Shown piece by piece: positions 54,195 through 63,988 of a DNA stretch of 64,000 bases. The notes under the pieces were generated by a model. That model worked only from the letters and a program-made list of their open reading frames with translations, searched no databases and was not told where the DNA came from. The stretch covers positions 330 through 64,329 of the forward strand of contig JAKQTR010000051.1 in assembly GCA_029562975.1 (NCBI GenBank), written 5' to 3'. Within the stretch, counting starts at the first letter, position 1; each line of letters begins with the position of its first letter. This stretch comes from Acidobacteriota bacterium (GTDB lineage Bacteria; Acidobacteriota; Vicinamibacteria; Vicinamibacterales; JAKQTR01). A program made the position numbers and the translations under genes.

Positions 54195-54953
54195 TCAGCG
54201 GCCGCGCCTCCGGCGCCCCCTGGTCGCGATCCAGCCGATGAAGGCGCCGAAGACGGCGAGCGCGAACAGCGCGCTCGCGCCGAACAGCACGAGCGTGGAG
54301 TAGAGGATCGACGTCTCCTCGATGCGCGCCTCGGCCTCGAGGGGCTTTCCCGCCTGCCGCTCGGCCAGCCGCTGCTCCCACACGAGGATGTTGCCGCGCC
54401 GCAGGTTGCCCGCGCCGGCGTTGTGGAAGCGGATGCGGCTCGGCAGGTGCACGCGGATCGAGACGAGCTCGTCGCCCTTCCAGCCCGCCGCGCCAGCGTC
54501 CTTGCCCGCCGGCGCGCCCAGCGCCTGGCGGTAGACGATCAGCCCGTCCTTGCGCGCGAACTGGTAGGCCGCCCACGAGAACGCCGGCGTCCCGCCCAGC
54601 TTCGTGATGTCGTCCACGTCCATCCGCACCTGCACGAACTGGCGCCCGTACCGCCGCCACCGGCTGACGCGCGTGACGCGCGCGGCCGGCGACGCAAACA
54701 GCGCGCGCACCTTCGCCTTGTCGACGGCCGCCGTCGGGCGAGCGTCGAGATCCATGCCGCGCAGGTTGACCAGGGCCGGGATCGAGGCGCTGACGCGGAC
54801 CCTCGCGCTCCCGTCCACCGCGAGCGTGATGTCCTCGTCGTACTCGTAGTGCTTCCCGAAACCCGCCCGGTCGCACGCCGATGCCGCCAGCGCGACCGCG
54901 CAGGCGAACGCGGCCGCACACAGCCCCCGGCGGGCCCTGAGACCGGACGTCAT
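54195..54953 (-). CDS. hypothetical lipoprotein with a C-terminal TM anchor
   Basis: Lipobox ...VALAASAC and a C-terminal hydrophobic helix followed by RGRRRRGR. Start ATG 54953 inside ORF 54195..55160. Confidence 0.55.
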   Translation of the reverse strand: MTSGLRARRGLCAAAFACAVALAASACDRAGFGKHYEYDEDITLAVDGSARVRVSASIPALVNLRGMDLDARPTAAVDKAKVRALFASPAARVTRVSRWRRYGRQFVQVRMDVDDITKLGGTPAFSWAAYQFARKDGLIVYRQALGAPAGKDAGAAGWKGDELVSIRVHLPSRIRFHNAGAGNLRRGNILVWEQRLAERQAGKPLEAEARIEETSILYSTLVLFGASALFALAVFGAFIGWIATRGRRRRGR

Positions 54954-55102
54954 AGGCCGCCCATGATACCGGATTGCCCCGCCGGGGAGCGGGTCACCGC
55001 CAGGGAGCATAGAACTGGTGCCAGGGGCCAGCCGGACGCGGCTCGCGCAGCGAGGGAGGCCGTTCGGCGTGGGCTCGGGACTGAACGGCGCCCGGCGCCT
55101 GG

Positions 55103-55122
55103 CCCCTTGCCCCTTGCCCCCC
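55103..55122. repeat. CCCCTTGCCCCTTGCCCCCC array, 5' flank of polA
   Basis: It is the reverse complement of the GGGGCAAGG unit and is preceded by GGCGCCCGGCGCCTGG. Confidence 0.8.
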
Positions 55123-55152
55123 GCCCCCGTCCCCGCCATGATGGGGCCAGCC

Positions 55153-57843
55153 ATGCCCACCCTCTACCTCATCGACGGCTCCGCGCAGATGTACCGCGCC
55201 TACCACGCGATCCGCGGCCTGACCGGGCCCGACGGCCGCTCCACGAACGCCGTCTTCGGCTTCGTCTCGATGCTCCGCAAGCTCCTCGCGGAGCACAGGC
55301 CCGACGCCATCGCCGCCGCCTTCGACCTCGAGGGCCCCACCTTCCGCGACGGCCTGGCGGAGGACTACAAGGCCAACCGGGCGCAGATGCCGGCGGACCT
55401 CGCCGATCAGATCCCGTGGATTCACCAGGCCTGCGCTGCGCTCGGCGTCCCCGTCGTCACGGCCGCGGGCTTCGAGGCCGACGATGTGATCGGGACCCTG
55501 GCGAAGCAGGGCGAGGCGGCGGGGTACGACGTGGCGATCGTCACCGGCGACAAGGACTTCTTCCAGCTCGTCGGCGGGCGCGTCCGCGTGTTCAACCCGC
55601 GGGACGAGGGGACCTGGTACGACGCGGCGGGCGTGACGGACAAGTTCGGCGTGCCGCCCGAGCGGGTGATCGACGCGCTCGCGATCATGGGCGACGCCTC
55701 CGACAACGTGAAGGGCGTGCCCGGCATCGGCGAGAAGGGCGCGCGCGACCTGCTGGCGCAGTTCGGATCGCTCGACGCGCTGCTCGAGGGCGCGGCGGGC
55801 GTGGCGCAGAAGCGGTACCGCGAGGCGCTGCTCGCCCACGCCGACGCGGCGCGCGCGAGCCGGGAGCTGGTGACCATCCGGACGGACGTTCCCCTCGGCC
55901 TGGGCCTCAAGGGGCTCCGCTACCGCGGCCCGGAGCGCGAGGCGTGCTACGCGCTGTTCTCGCAGCTCGGGTTCCGCACCCTGACCGGCGACTTCGCGCC
56001 GGCGGCGGCCGCCGCCGCAACCGATTACGCCGTCGTGCAGTCGCTGGACGAGCTGGCCGCGCTCGTCGGCTCGCTCCGCGCCGGCGGCCGCGCCGGCCTT
56101 CGCGTCATCGGCGACGATGCCGCCCCCATGCGCGCGCGCATCGTCGGCATCGCGCTCGCCGGCGGGGAGCGGCGCGCGCGGTACGTGCCGCTGGGCCACC
56201 GCGCGCTCGACGAGTGCGCGAACCTCGACGCCGCGGCCGCGCTCGGCGCGCTCGCGCCGCTCCTAGAAGACGAGCGCGTCGAGAAGATCGGCCACGACGT
56301 GAAGTACGACGCCATCGTCCTCGCCCGCCACGGCGTGACGGTGGCCGGGCCCGGGTTCGACACCATGCTCGCAAGCTACCTCCTCGACTCCACGCGCGCG
56401 CCGCACGGCCTCGAGACGTTGAGCATCGAGCACCTCGGCGGCAGGCCCCTCACCGAAGAGGACGTCTACGGCAAGGGCACCAGAGCGGCCGCCCCCGAGA
56501 ACCTGCCCGCCGCCGCCACGCTGGCCTACGCCGCCGAGCGCGCCGACCTGCCGCTTCGGCTCGCCGGCCCCCTGCGCCGCTCGCTCGCGGCCGAAGGCCT
56601 GGACGAGCTGTACCGCGGTCTCGAATGGCCCCTCGTGCCCGTCCTGGCGGCCATCGAACGCGCCGGCGTCCGCATCGACACCGCCGCGCTCGCATCGCTG
56701 TCGGCCTCGCTCGAGCGCGAGATGGAGGAGCGCAGCCGGCGGATCTTCGAGCTGGCCGGCGGCCCGTTCAACATCGGGTCGCCGAAGCAGCTCGCCGAAA
56801 TCCTGTTCGAGAAGCTGAAGCTGCCCGTGCTGAAGAAGACCGGCGCGACGCGCGCCGCGTCCACCTCGGTGGAGGTCCTCGAGGAGCTGGCGCTCGCGCA
56901 CGAGATCCCCCGGCTCATCCTCGAGTGGCGGAGCATGCAGAAGCTCAAGGGGACCTACGTGGACGCCCTGCCCGGGCTCGTCCACCCCGAGACCGGCCGC
57001 GTGCACACGAGCTTCAACCAGGCCGTGGCCGCCACCGGTCGCCTGAGCAGCAGCGATCCCAACCTGCAGAACATCCCCGTGCGCACCGAGCTGGGGCGCC
57101 GGATCCGCGGGGCGTTCGTCGCCGACCCGGGATGCGTCCTGATCTCGGCCGACTACTCGCAGATCGAGCTGCGCGTGCTGGCGCACCTCTCGGGCGACGA
57201 GGCGCTCATCGAGGCGTTCCGGCGCGGCGAGGACATCCACGACCGCACGGCGCTCGCCATCTTCGGGGCCGACAGCGGCCTCGACCGCAAGGAGATGCGG
57301 AACCGGGCGAAGATGGTCAACTACGCCCTCCTCTACGGCAAGACCGCGTTCTCGCTGGCCAGGGACATCGGCGTGCCGCAGCAGGCCGCGCAGGCGTTCA
57401 TCGACGCGTACTTCGCCGGGTTCCCGAAGGTGCGCGCCTTCATCGACCGGACGCTCGAGGACGGGCGCGCGACGGGCATGGTGAAGACGCTCGCCGGGCG
57501 CAGGCGGCCCGTGCCCGGGCTGACGAGCGCGAACGGGCAGGTGCGGAGCGCCGCCGAGCGGGCGGCGGTGAACATGCCCGTCCAGGGGACCGCCGCCGAC
57601 ATCCTGAAGCGCGCGATGATCGACATCCACCGCGCCCTCGAGGCGAGGCCCGCCCGCGCCGGCGGCCGCCGCGCGCGCATGATCCTGACGGTGCACGACG
57701 AGCTGCTGTTCGAGGCGCCCCGCGACGAGGCCGCCGAGGTGGCGGCCCTCGTGCGGCGGCACATGGAAGGCGCCGCCGACCTCGCCGTCCCGCTCACCGT
57801 CGAGGCGGGCATCGGGGAGAACTGGAAGGAAGCGAAACGCTAG
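55153..57843 (+). CDS. polA: DNA polymerase I
   Basis: 5'-nuclease N-terminus MPTLYLIDGSAQMYRAYHA, a 3'-5' exonuclease-like middle, and polymerase motifs DYSQIELRVLAH, RRxAKxxNYGxxYG (RNRAKMVNYALLYG) and QVHDE-type TVHDELLFE. Start ATG 55153 inside ORF 55018..57843. Confidence 0.95.
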   Translation: MPTLYLIDGSAQMYRAYHAIRGLTGPDGRSTNAVFGFVSMLRKLLAEHRPDAIAAAFDLEGPTFRDGLAEDYKANRAQMPADLADQIPWIHQACAALGVPVVTAAGFEADDVIGTLAKQGEAAGYDVAIVTGDKDFFQLVGGRVRVFNPRDEGTWYDAAGVTDKFGVPPERVIDALAIMGDASDNVKGVPGIGEKGARDLLAQFGSLDALLEGAAGVAQKRYREALLAHADAARASRELVTIRTDVPLGLGLKGLRYRGPEREACYALFSQLGFRTLTGDFAPAAAAAATDYAVVQSLDELAALVGSLRAGGRAGLRVIGDDAAPMRARIVGIALAGGERRARYVPLGHRALDECANLDAAAALGALAPLLEDERVEKIGHDVKYDAIVLARHGVTVAGPGFDTMLASYLLDSTRAPHGLETLSIEHLGGRPLTEEDVYGKGTRAAAPENLPAAATLAYAAERADLPLRLAGPLRRSLAAEGLDELYRGLEWPLVPVLAAIERAGVRIDTAALASLSASLEREMEERSRRIFELAGGPFNIGSPKQLAEILFEKLKLPVLKKTGATRAASTSVEVLEELALAHEIPRLILEWRSMQKLKGTYVDALPGLVHPETGRVHTSFNQAVAATGRLSSSDPNLQNIPVRTELGRRIRGAFVADPGCVLISADYSQIELRVLAHLSGDEALIEAFRRGEDIHDRTALAIFGADSGLDRKEMRNRAKMVNYALLYGKTAFSLARDIGVPQQAAQAFIDAYFAGFPKVRAFIDRTLEDGRATGMVKTLAGRRRPVPGLTSANGQVRSAAERAAVNMPVQGTAADILKRAMIDIHRALEARPARAGGRRARMILTVHDELLFEAPRDEAAEVAALVRRHMEGAADLAVPLTVEAGIGENWKEAKR

Positions 57844-57996
57844 GGACAAGGGGCAGGGAAGGGAGGAGGCGAAGGAATCCAGAGTCCGGAATCCGGGGTG
57901 GTGGCCCGCCGCACGCGGGTGTCCGGGGCGCCTGCCCGTGTCCCTTGCCCCTTGTCCCTGTCCGCCTGGCGCCTGGCGCCCGGCCCCCAGCCCCTA
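57843..57996. repeat. polA-pcnB spacer: GGGACAAGGGGCAGGG arm, GGAATCC/AGAGTCC heptamers, inverted arm CCCTTGCCCCTTGTCCC, then a GCCTGGC array
   Basis: 57843-57858 pairs with 57941-57959 (14 contiguous bp plus more). The GCCTGGCGCCTGGCGCC array lies at 57963-57980. Confidence 0.8.
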
Positions 57997-58010
57997 GTAA
58001 GATTCCCCGG

Positions 58011-59441
58011 ATGCCGCCGCTCATCGTGCCCCGCGCGGAGCACACGCTGTCGCGAAAGGACGTCGATCCGGAAGCGCTCAAGGTGCTCTACCGGCTGAAG
58101 GACGCCGGCTACACCGCCTACCTCGTCGGCGGCGGCGTGCGCGACCTGCTGCTCGGGCGGCGCCCCAAGGACTTCGACGTCGGCACCGACGCGCACCCCT
58201 ACCAGGTCAAGAAGCTCTTCCGGAACTGCTTCATCATCGGCCGCCGCTTCCGCCTGGCGCACGTCCGGTTCGGCGCGAAGGTGATCGAGGTCGCGACGTT
58301 CCGGCGGCAGATCACCGACGAAGAGGCGGCGGCGGCGGAAGCCCGGGAAGCCGAGGCGCGCGCTCGCGAGGCCGGCGCGCCGGCGGCCGAGGCGGGGGCG
58401 CCGGCGGCCGAGGCGGGGGCGCGCGACGCCGCGCGGGAGGCCGGGGCGCGCGACGGCGAGGGCGCGGGCCCGGAGCCGCGGCAGGAGGGGGCGCGCGGCG
58501 GCCGCCGCGCGCGGCGGCCGCCTCCGCTGCAGCACGAGAACACCTTCGGCACGCCGGAAGAGGACGCCTTCCGGCGCGACTTCACCATCAACGGCCTCTT
58601 CTACGACATCGCGACCTTCTCGATCATCGACTACGTCGGCGGCCTCGACGACCTGCGCGCGCGCGTCGTGCGCTGCATCGGCGATCCCGTCGTGCGGTTC
58701 CGCGAGGACCCCGTGCGCATGCAGCGCGCCGTGTCGCTCGCCGCGCGGCTCGGCTTCGCGATCGACCCGCCCGTCCTCGACGCCCTCGCCGCCGAGCGGC
58801 ACCGGCTCGCGCTGGCCGCTCCCGCGCGCCTCGTCGAGGAGTACTACAAGATCCTCCGTTCCGGCGCGGCCGAGGCCACCTTCCGCGACCTGCGGCGCCT
58901 GGGCCTGCTCGAGCCCTTGAGCGAGGCGCTGCAGCAGCGGGCCGGTGACGCGCTCTGGGCGTCGCTCGCCCGTCTTGACGCGCACCGGCGGCGCTTCGCC
59001 GCCGCCCCGGCCGCGCTGACGACCGGCGTGCTGCTCGGCAGCCTCATCGTGCCCCTCGGCTTTTCGCAGGGCGGCGGGCCCGCGTGGATGGAGGGCGGGG
59101 ATCGGCCGGGCCTGAGCCTCGGCGTCCTGCCCCTGTCGCGCCGCGACGTCGAGCGCGTCCGCCAGGTGCTGATGCTGCAGCGCCGGCTGCGCGAGCCCAG
59201 CCGCTCGCCCCACGCCCGGCGCATGCTGATGCGCCGCTCGGCGTTCCCCGACGCGCTGACCTGGCTCGAGATCCACGGCGACGCGCCCGACGCGCTCGAG
59301 TACTGGCGGGGCCGGCAGGGCGGCGACGCGCAGCCGGCGGAGGCGGGTGACGCGCCGCGCGATCCCGCGGGCCCACCCGGCGCCCCCGCCAGCCGCCGCC
59401 GGCGCCGCCGCCGCGGCCGCCGGCGTCCGCGGCCCGAATAG
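58011..59441 (+). CDS. pcnB: poly(A) polymerase I / CCA-adding-enzyme-family nucleotidyltransferase with a low-complexity insert
   Basis: AYLVGGGVRDLLLGRRPKDFDV..., ...FRLAHVRFG..IEVATFR, RRDFTINGLFYD. ATG 58011 inside artefactual ORF 54069..59441. Confidence 0.8.
   Translation: MPPLIVPRAEHTLSRKDVDPEALKVLYRLKDAGYTAYLVGGGVRDLLLGRRPKDFDVGTDAHPYQVKKLFRNCFIIGRRFRLAHVRFGAKVIEVATFRRQITDEEAAAAEAREAEARAREAGAPAAEAGAPAAEAGARDAAREAGARDGEGAGPEPRQEGARGGRRARRPPPLQHENTFGTPEEDAFRRDFTINGLFYDIATFSIIDYVGGLDDLRARVVRCIGDPVVRFREDPVRMQRAVSLAARLGFAIDPPVLDALAAERHRLALAAPARLVEEYYKILRSGAAEATFRDLRRLGLLEPLSEALQQRAGDALWASLARLDAHRRRFAAAPAALTTGVLLGSLIVPLGFSQGGGPAWMEGGDRPGLSLGVLPLSRRDVERVRQVLMLQRRLREPSRSPHARRMLMRRSAFPDALTWLEIHGDAPDALEYWRGRQGGDAQPAEAGDAPRDPAGPPGAPASRRRRRRRGRRRPRPE
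58368..58430 (+). repeat. three tandem 21-nt units within pcnB (encoding EAGAPAA-type heptads)
   Basis: gaggccggcgcgccggcggcc / gaggcgggggcgccggcggcc / gaggcgggggcgcgcgacgcc, all in frame. Confidence 0.8.
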
Positions 59442-59452
59442 GCGCGCCGGCT

Positions 59453-59466
59453 CTGCCGTTCGGCAG
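59453..59466 (+). terminator. short hairpin CTGCC-GTTC-GGCAG after pcnB
   Basis: It lies 12 nt after the stop. The stem is short and no U-tract follows. Confidence 0.25.
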
Positions 59467-59808
59467 GGCGCGGCATTCCGCGACTCCGCTCGCCCCACCC
59501 GCGCTTCCGCCTTTCCGCGGCGTCGCGCGGGCCGACGCCGCGCGCTTCGCCGCTCACGCCGCGGCCGCTGCCGCCGCTTCCCTTCCGCATGGCGCGAGGG
59601 TACAATCCCGTCCCCGGAGGCTACCCCGGTTCTTCTCGCCTCTCCCGGCCCATCGAGGATTCAGAGACGGGACGACGTGTCGGCCCGGCATGCAGGCGAT
59701 TGCGGGCGGTCGATCGAATCGGGTGCGGGTCCGGCGGACGGCGGCGCGCCGCCCCGGCCGCGGGCCCTGCCGTGACAGGCTCCGGGCTTCGTCCGTGGGA
59801 GAACCGCC

Positions 59809-60726
59809 ATGCGCGTGCCTGACTTCCTCACGATCCGCGACTTCACCACCGCCGAGCTCCAGCACCTGCTGGACCTCGCGCGCGACATCAAGGCCCACCC
59901 TAGCGACTTCGGCGACAGCCTCAAGGGCAAGGCCCTCGCGCTGATCTTCGAGAAGCCGTCGCTGCGCACGCGGGTGTCCTTCGACGCCGGCATCCACCAG
60001 CTCGGGGGCTTCTCCATCTACCTCTCGCCGGCCGAGATCAACCTCGGCAAGCGCGAGTCGGTGTACGACGTCGCCAAGAACCTCGAGCGGATGGTGCAGG
60101 GCATCATGATCCGCACCTTTGCCCACGAGATCGTGGAGAAGATGGCCGAGTGGGCGTCCATCCCCGTCATCAACGGCCTGACCGACAGCAGCCACCCGTG
60201 CCAGGCGATGGCCGACTTTCTCACCATCCTCGAGCACAAGGGCCGCCTCGCGGGCCTGAAGCTGGCCTACGTCGGCGACAGCAACAACGTGTCGAACTCG
60301 CTCATGTTCGCCGCCGCGCGCTTCGGGACGCACATCGCCATCGCCTCGCCCGAGGGGTACCAGCCGGCGCCGGCGCTGCTCGAGTGGACGCGCGCCGAAG
60401 GGGCGAAGACGGGCTCCGTCTGCACGGTGACGGCGGACCCGGCCGAGGCGGTCGACGGCGCGGACGTGGTCTACACCGACACCTGGGCGAGCATGGGCCA
60501 GGAAGCCGAGGCCGACGCGCGCAAGGCGGTCTTCCGGCCCTACCAGGTGAACGCGCGGCTCTTCGCCAGGGCCAGGCCGGACGCCCTTTTCATGCACTGC
60601 CTGCCGGCGCACCGCGGCGACGAGGTGACCGACGAGGTGATCGACTCGCCGAACTCGGTGGTCTTCGACGAGGCCGAAAACCGGCTGCACGTGCAGAAGG
60701 CGATCCTGCTCGAGCTCATGAAGTAG
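59809..60726 (+). CDS. argF: ornithine carbamoyltransferase
   Basis: SLRTRVSF (STRTR-type), HPCQAMAD, DTWASMGQE and FMHCLPAHRGDEV motifs. Confidence 0.9.
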   Translation: MRVPDFLTIRDFTTAELQHLLDLARDIKAHPSDFGDSLKGKALALIFEKPSLRTRVSFDAGIHQLGGFSIYLSPAEINLGKRESVYDVAKNLERMVQGIMIRTFAHEIVEKMAEWASIPVINGLTDSSHPCQAMADFLTILEHKGRLAGLKLAYVGDSNNVSNSLMFAAARFGTHIAIASPEGYQPAPALLEWTRAEGAKTGSVCTVTADPAEAVDGADVVYTDTWASMGQEAEADARKAVFRPYQVNARLFARARPDALFMHCLPAHRGDEVTDEVIDSPNSVVFDEAENRLHVQKAILLELMK

Positions 60727-60771
60727 GGCGCGCGGCGGCGGCGCGCGGGAGGACGGCGCGGGCGGGGGCTC

Positions 60772-61716
60772 ATGGCGAAGACGGCGCTCATCGCAATCGG
60801 CGGCAACTCGCTCATCCGCGCGGGCGAGAAGGGCGCGATTGCCGAGCAGCTCGCCAACACGCGCCGCACGGCGGCGGCCATCGTCCACATCATCCGCGCC
60901 GGGTACCGCGTGGTCCTCACCCACGGCAACGGCCCCCAGGTCGGCGCGGCGCTGCTGCGCTCGGAGCGTGCGGCCGACCGGGTGTACACCCATCCCCTCG
61001 ACGTGTGCGGCGCCGCGACGCAGGGCGAGATCGGCTACCTGCTGCAGCAGTCGCTGCAGGCCGAACTCGCGCAGGCCGGCCTGACGACGCCCGTCGTCAC
61101 CGTGGTGACGCAGGTCGTCGTGTCGCCGTCCGACCCCGCCATGGAGCGCCCGACCAAGCCCATCGGGCCGTTCTACTCGGCGCGCGAGGCGCGGGCGAAG
61201 CAGGAGCAGTTCGGCTGGGCCATCGTCGAGGACGCCTCGCGCGGCTACCGGCGCGTCGTGCCGTCGCCCGAGCCGCTGGAGATCGTCGAGGAGGGCGCCA
61301 TCCGGCGGCTCATCGACACCGGCGCGATCGTCATCGCGGCCGGCGGCGGGGGCATCCCCGTGGTGCGCCGGGGACACGAGCTGCGCGGCGTCGAGGCCGT
61401 CGTCGACAAGGACCGCTCGTCGGCGCTGCTCGCCGCGCGCCTGCAGACGCGCTCGCTCATCATCTCCACCGACGCGGACCGCGTCTACGTGAACTACAAG
61501 AAGCCCGGCCAGCGCCCCCTGGGCCGGGTCACGGCCGCGGAAATCGAGGCCCACTGGCGGGAGGGCCAGTTCCCGCCCGGCAACATGGGCCCGAAGATCG
61601 AGTCGGCGCTGCGCTTCCTGCGGGACGGCGGCCGCGAGGCAATCATCACGTCCTACGAGCGGCTGCCGGACGCCGTGCGGGGGGAGGCGGGGACGCACAT
61701 TGTCGCGGGGGGATAG
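60772..61716 (+). CDS. arcC: carbamate kinase
   Basis: IAIGGNSL..., LTHGNGPQVG, GGGGIPV and AVVDKDRSSALLA motifs. Confidence 0.9.
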   Translation: MAKTALIAIGGNSLIRAGEKGAIAEQLANTRRTAAAIVHIIRAGYRVVLTHGNGPQVGAALLRSERAADRVYTHPLDVCGAATQGEIGYLLQQSLQAELAQAGLTTPVVTVVTQVVVSPSDPAMERPTKPIGPFYSAREARAKQEQFGWAIVEDASRGYRRVVPSPEPLEIVEEGAIRRLIDTGAIVIAAGGGGIPVVRRGHELRGVEAVVDKDRSSALLAARLQTRSLIISTDADRVYVNYKKPGQRPLGRVTAAEIEAHWREGQFPPGNMGPKIESALRFLRDGGREAIITSYERLPDAVRGEAGTHIVAGG

Positions 61717-61746
61717 AATGCCGAGTTCCGGGTTCTGATCGATGTC

Positions 61747-62712
61747 ATGAAACTCGAGCACGTCATCGAGTCGCAGCAGTTCACCGTGCCGCTCCTGATG
61801 GAGCTCTTCGCCCGGGCGCGCCAGATGGAGCGCGTCGCGGCGCGCGGCGGCACGCGCGACTACGCGGGCCGCATCATGGCGTCGCTCTTCTACCAGCCCT
61901 CCACGCGCACGCGCTTCTCGTTCGAGGCGGCCATGTACCGGCTGGGCGGCCGCGTCCTCTCGACCGAGCACGCCGGCGCCTTCTCGTCCGAGGTCGAAGG
62001 CGAGCAGCTCGAAGACACGATCCGCATCATCTCGGGCTGCTCCGACGTCATCGTCCTGCGCCACCACGAGGAGGGCGGGGCCCGGCGCGCCGCGCGCGTG
62101 TCGCGCGTGCCCGTCGTCAACGCCGGCGACGGCGGCGGCGGGCAGCACCCCACCCAGGCCCTGCTCGACCTCTACACGATCTACCGCGAGCGCCGCACCC
62201 TCGACGGCCTGACCATCGCGATTGTCGGCGAGCTCGACCGCGGCCGGACGGCGCGGTCGCTGGCCTACCTGCTGGGCAAGTTTGAGCGGGTGAAGATCCA
62301 CTTCGTGAGCCCGCCCGAGGTGCGGATGGGCCGGGACATCCTGGACCACCTCGACGAGCACGACGTCTGGTACGACCTCTCCACCGACGTGGAGCCCATC
62401 GCGGGCGAGGTGGACGTCATCTACCAGACGCGCATCCGGCCCGACCGCGTCGCCGACGGCGCGTCCCTCGCCCGCTGCGCGATCGACGAGCGGCTCCTGC
62501 GGCGCATGAAGCCGGACGCGATGATCCTCCACCCCCTGCCGCGGACGGTCGAGATCGACAAGGCGGTGGACGGCGATCCGCGGGCCCTCTACTTCAAGCA
62601 GGCCGGGAACGGCCTGTTCGTGCGCATGGCCCTGCTGACGCTGCTGTTCGAGCGGGACGACGAGGAGCCGGACGCGCCGTGGCCGCCGCAGCGGAGGCGG
62701 GAGGATCGGTAG
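61747..62712 (+). CDS. aspartate-carbamoyltransferase-fold transcarbamylase (PyrB-like, atypical substrate-site residues)
   Basis: [18 protein letters not shown] and HPLPR are present. Positions equivalent to E. coli Lys84 and Gln231 read Glu and Arg (see findings). Confidence 0.7.
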   Translation: MKLEHVIESQQFTVPLLMELFARARQMERVAARGGTRDYAGRIMASLFYQPSTRTRFSFEAAMYRLGGRVLSTEHAGAFSSEVEGEQLEDTIRIISGCSDVIVLRHHEEGGARRAARVSRVPVVNAGDGGGGQHPTQALLDLYTIYRERRTLDGLTIAIVGELDRGRTARSLAYLLGKFERVKIHFVSPPEVRMGRDILDHLDEHDVWYDLSTDVEPIAGEVDVIYQTRIRPDRVADGASLARCAIDERLLRRMKPDAMILHPLPRTVEIDKAVDGDPRALYFKQAGNGLFVRMALLTLLFERDDEEPDAPWPPQRRREDR

Positions 62713-62788
62713 CCGCGCGGGGCGGCGCGGCGACGGCCGCCGGCCGCCCGCGGGAACCCCGGGCCAAGGGAAGGACAGGTGGGAGCAG

Positions 62789-63988
62789 ATGGATCGACAG
62801 CCGACGTCGCGCGCGCTCATCGAGATGGAAGAGCAGTACGGCGCCCGCAACTACCACCCGCTCGACGTCGTCATCGAGCGCGGCGAGGGGGTGTGGGTGT
62901 ACGACGTGGAGGGCAGGAAGTACCTCGACTGCCTGGCGGCCTACTCGGCCGTGAACCAGGGCCACTGCCACCCGCGCATCATGGAGGCGGCCGTCGGGCA
63001 GCTGAAGCGCGTCACGCTGACCTCGCGCGCGTTCCGCAACGACCAGCTGCCGCGCTTCTACCGGCTGCTGCACGAGCTCACCGGGTACGACCTGTCGCTG
63101 CCGATGAACTCGGGCGCCGAGGCGGTGGAGACCGCCGTGAAGGCCGCGCGCAAGTGGAGCTACGCGGTGAAGGGCATCCCGGCGGACCAGGCCGAGATCG
63201 TCGTCTGCGCGAACAACTTCCACGGCCGCACGGTGACGATCGTCAGCTTCTCCACCGAGCCGCAGTACCGCGAGGGCTTCGGGCCGCTGACGCCCGGCTT
63301 CACCGTCGTGCCCTTCGGCGACGCGGCGGCCCTCGAATCGGCCGTCACGCCGAACACCGCGGCGTTCCTCGTCGAGCCCATCCAGGGCGAGGCGGGCATT
63401 GTCATCCCGCCGGACGGCTACCTGAGGCAGGCCGCCGCCATCTGCAAGGCGCACAACGTGCTGTTCGTGTGCGACGAGATCCAGTCCGGCCTCGGCCGCA
63501 CGGGCCGGCTGTTCGCCCACGAGTGGGAGGGCGTGCGGCCCGACATGGTGGTCATCGGCAAGGCGCTGTCCGGCGGGTACTATCCCGTGTCGGCCGTCCT
63601 CGGCAGCCGCGAGGTGCTGGGCGTGTTCCGGCCGGGCGACCACGGCAGCACGTTCGGCGGCAACCCCCTCGCCTGCGCCGTCGCGCGCGCCGCGCTGCAG
63701 GTGCTGATCGACGAGCAGCTCGCGGCCCGATCCGCCGAGCTCGGCGCGTACTTCCTCGGGCGGCTGCAGGCGCTGCAGAGCGCCGTGATCAAAGAGGTGC
63801 GCGGCCGCGGCCTGTGGATCGGCATCGAGCTCACCTGCCCGGCGCGCCCGTACTGCGAGCGCCTGATGCAGGAGGGCATGCTCTGCAAGGAGACCCACGA
63901 CCGCGTCATCCGCCTCGCGCCGCCGCTCACGATCACGCGCGACGAGATCGACTGGGCCCTGGAGCGTTTGCAGAAGGTGCTGTGTTAG
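62789..63988 (+). CDS. rocD: ornithine--oxo-acid aminotransferase (class III PLP aminotransferase)
   Basis: [12 protein letters not shown]..., [30 protein letters not shown] and TFGGNPLA motifs. The N-terminal pattern is typical of OAT/RocD. Confidence 0.8.
   Translation: MDRQPTSRALIEMEEQYGARNYHPLDVVIERGEGVWVYDVEGRKYLDCLAAYSAVNQGHCHPRIMEAAVGQLKRVTLTSRAFRNDQLPRFYRLLHELTGYDLSLPMNSGAEAVETAVKAARKWSYAVKGIPADQAEIVVCANNFHGRTVTIVSFSTEPQYREGFGPLTPGFTVVPFGDAAALESAVTPNTAAFLVEPIQGEAGIVIPPDGYLRQAAAICKAHNVLFVCDEIQSGLGRTGRLFAHEWEGVRPDMVVIGKALSGGYYPVSAVLGSREVLGVFRPGDHGSTFGGNPLACAVARAALQVLIDEQLAARSAELGAYFLGRLQALQSAVIKEVRGRGLWIGIELTCPARPYCERLMQEGMLCKETHDRVIRLAPPLTITRDEIDWALERLQKVLC

Noticed and set aside
59442-59808. 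The 367-nt spacer upstream of argF, as a riboswitch, ARG-box operator or promoter (TACAAT at about 59596).
   Set aside because: I found no recognisable ARG-box palindrome. The -35 partner is poor (TTCCCT). I recognised no conserved riboswitch core. It is left unannotated.
59809-63988. A complete arginine deiminase (ADI) pathway operon.
   Set aside because: argF and arcC are present, but no arcA or arcD is in the window. The cluster continues beyond the right edge, so an ADI pathway cannot be claimed.
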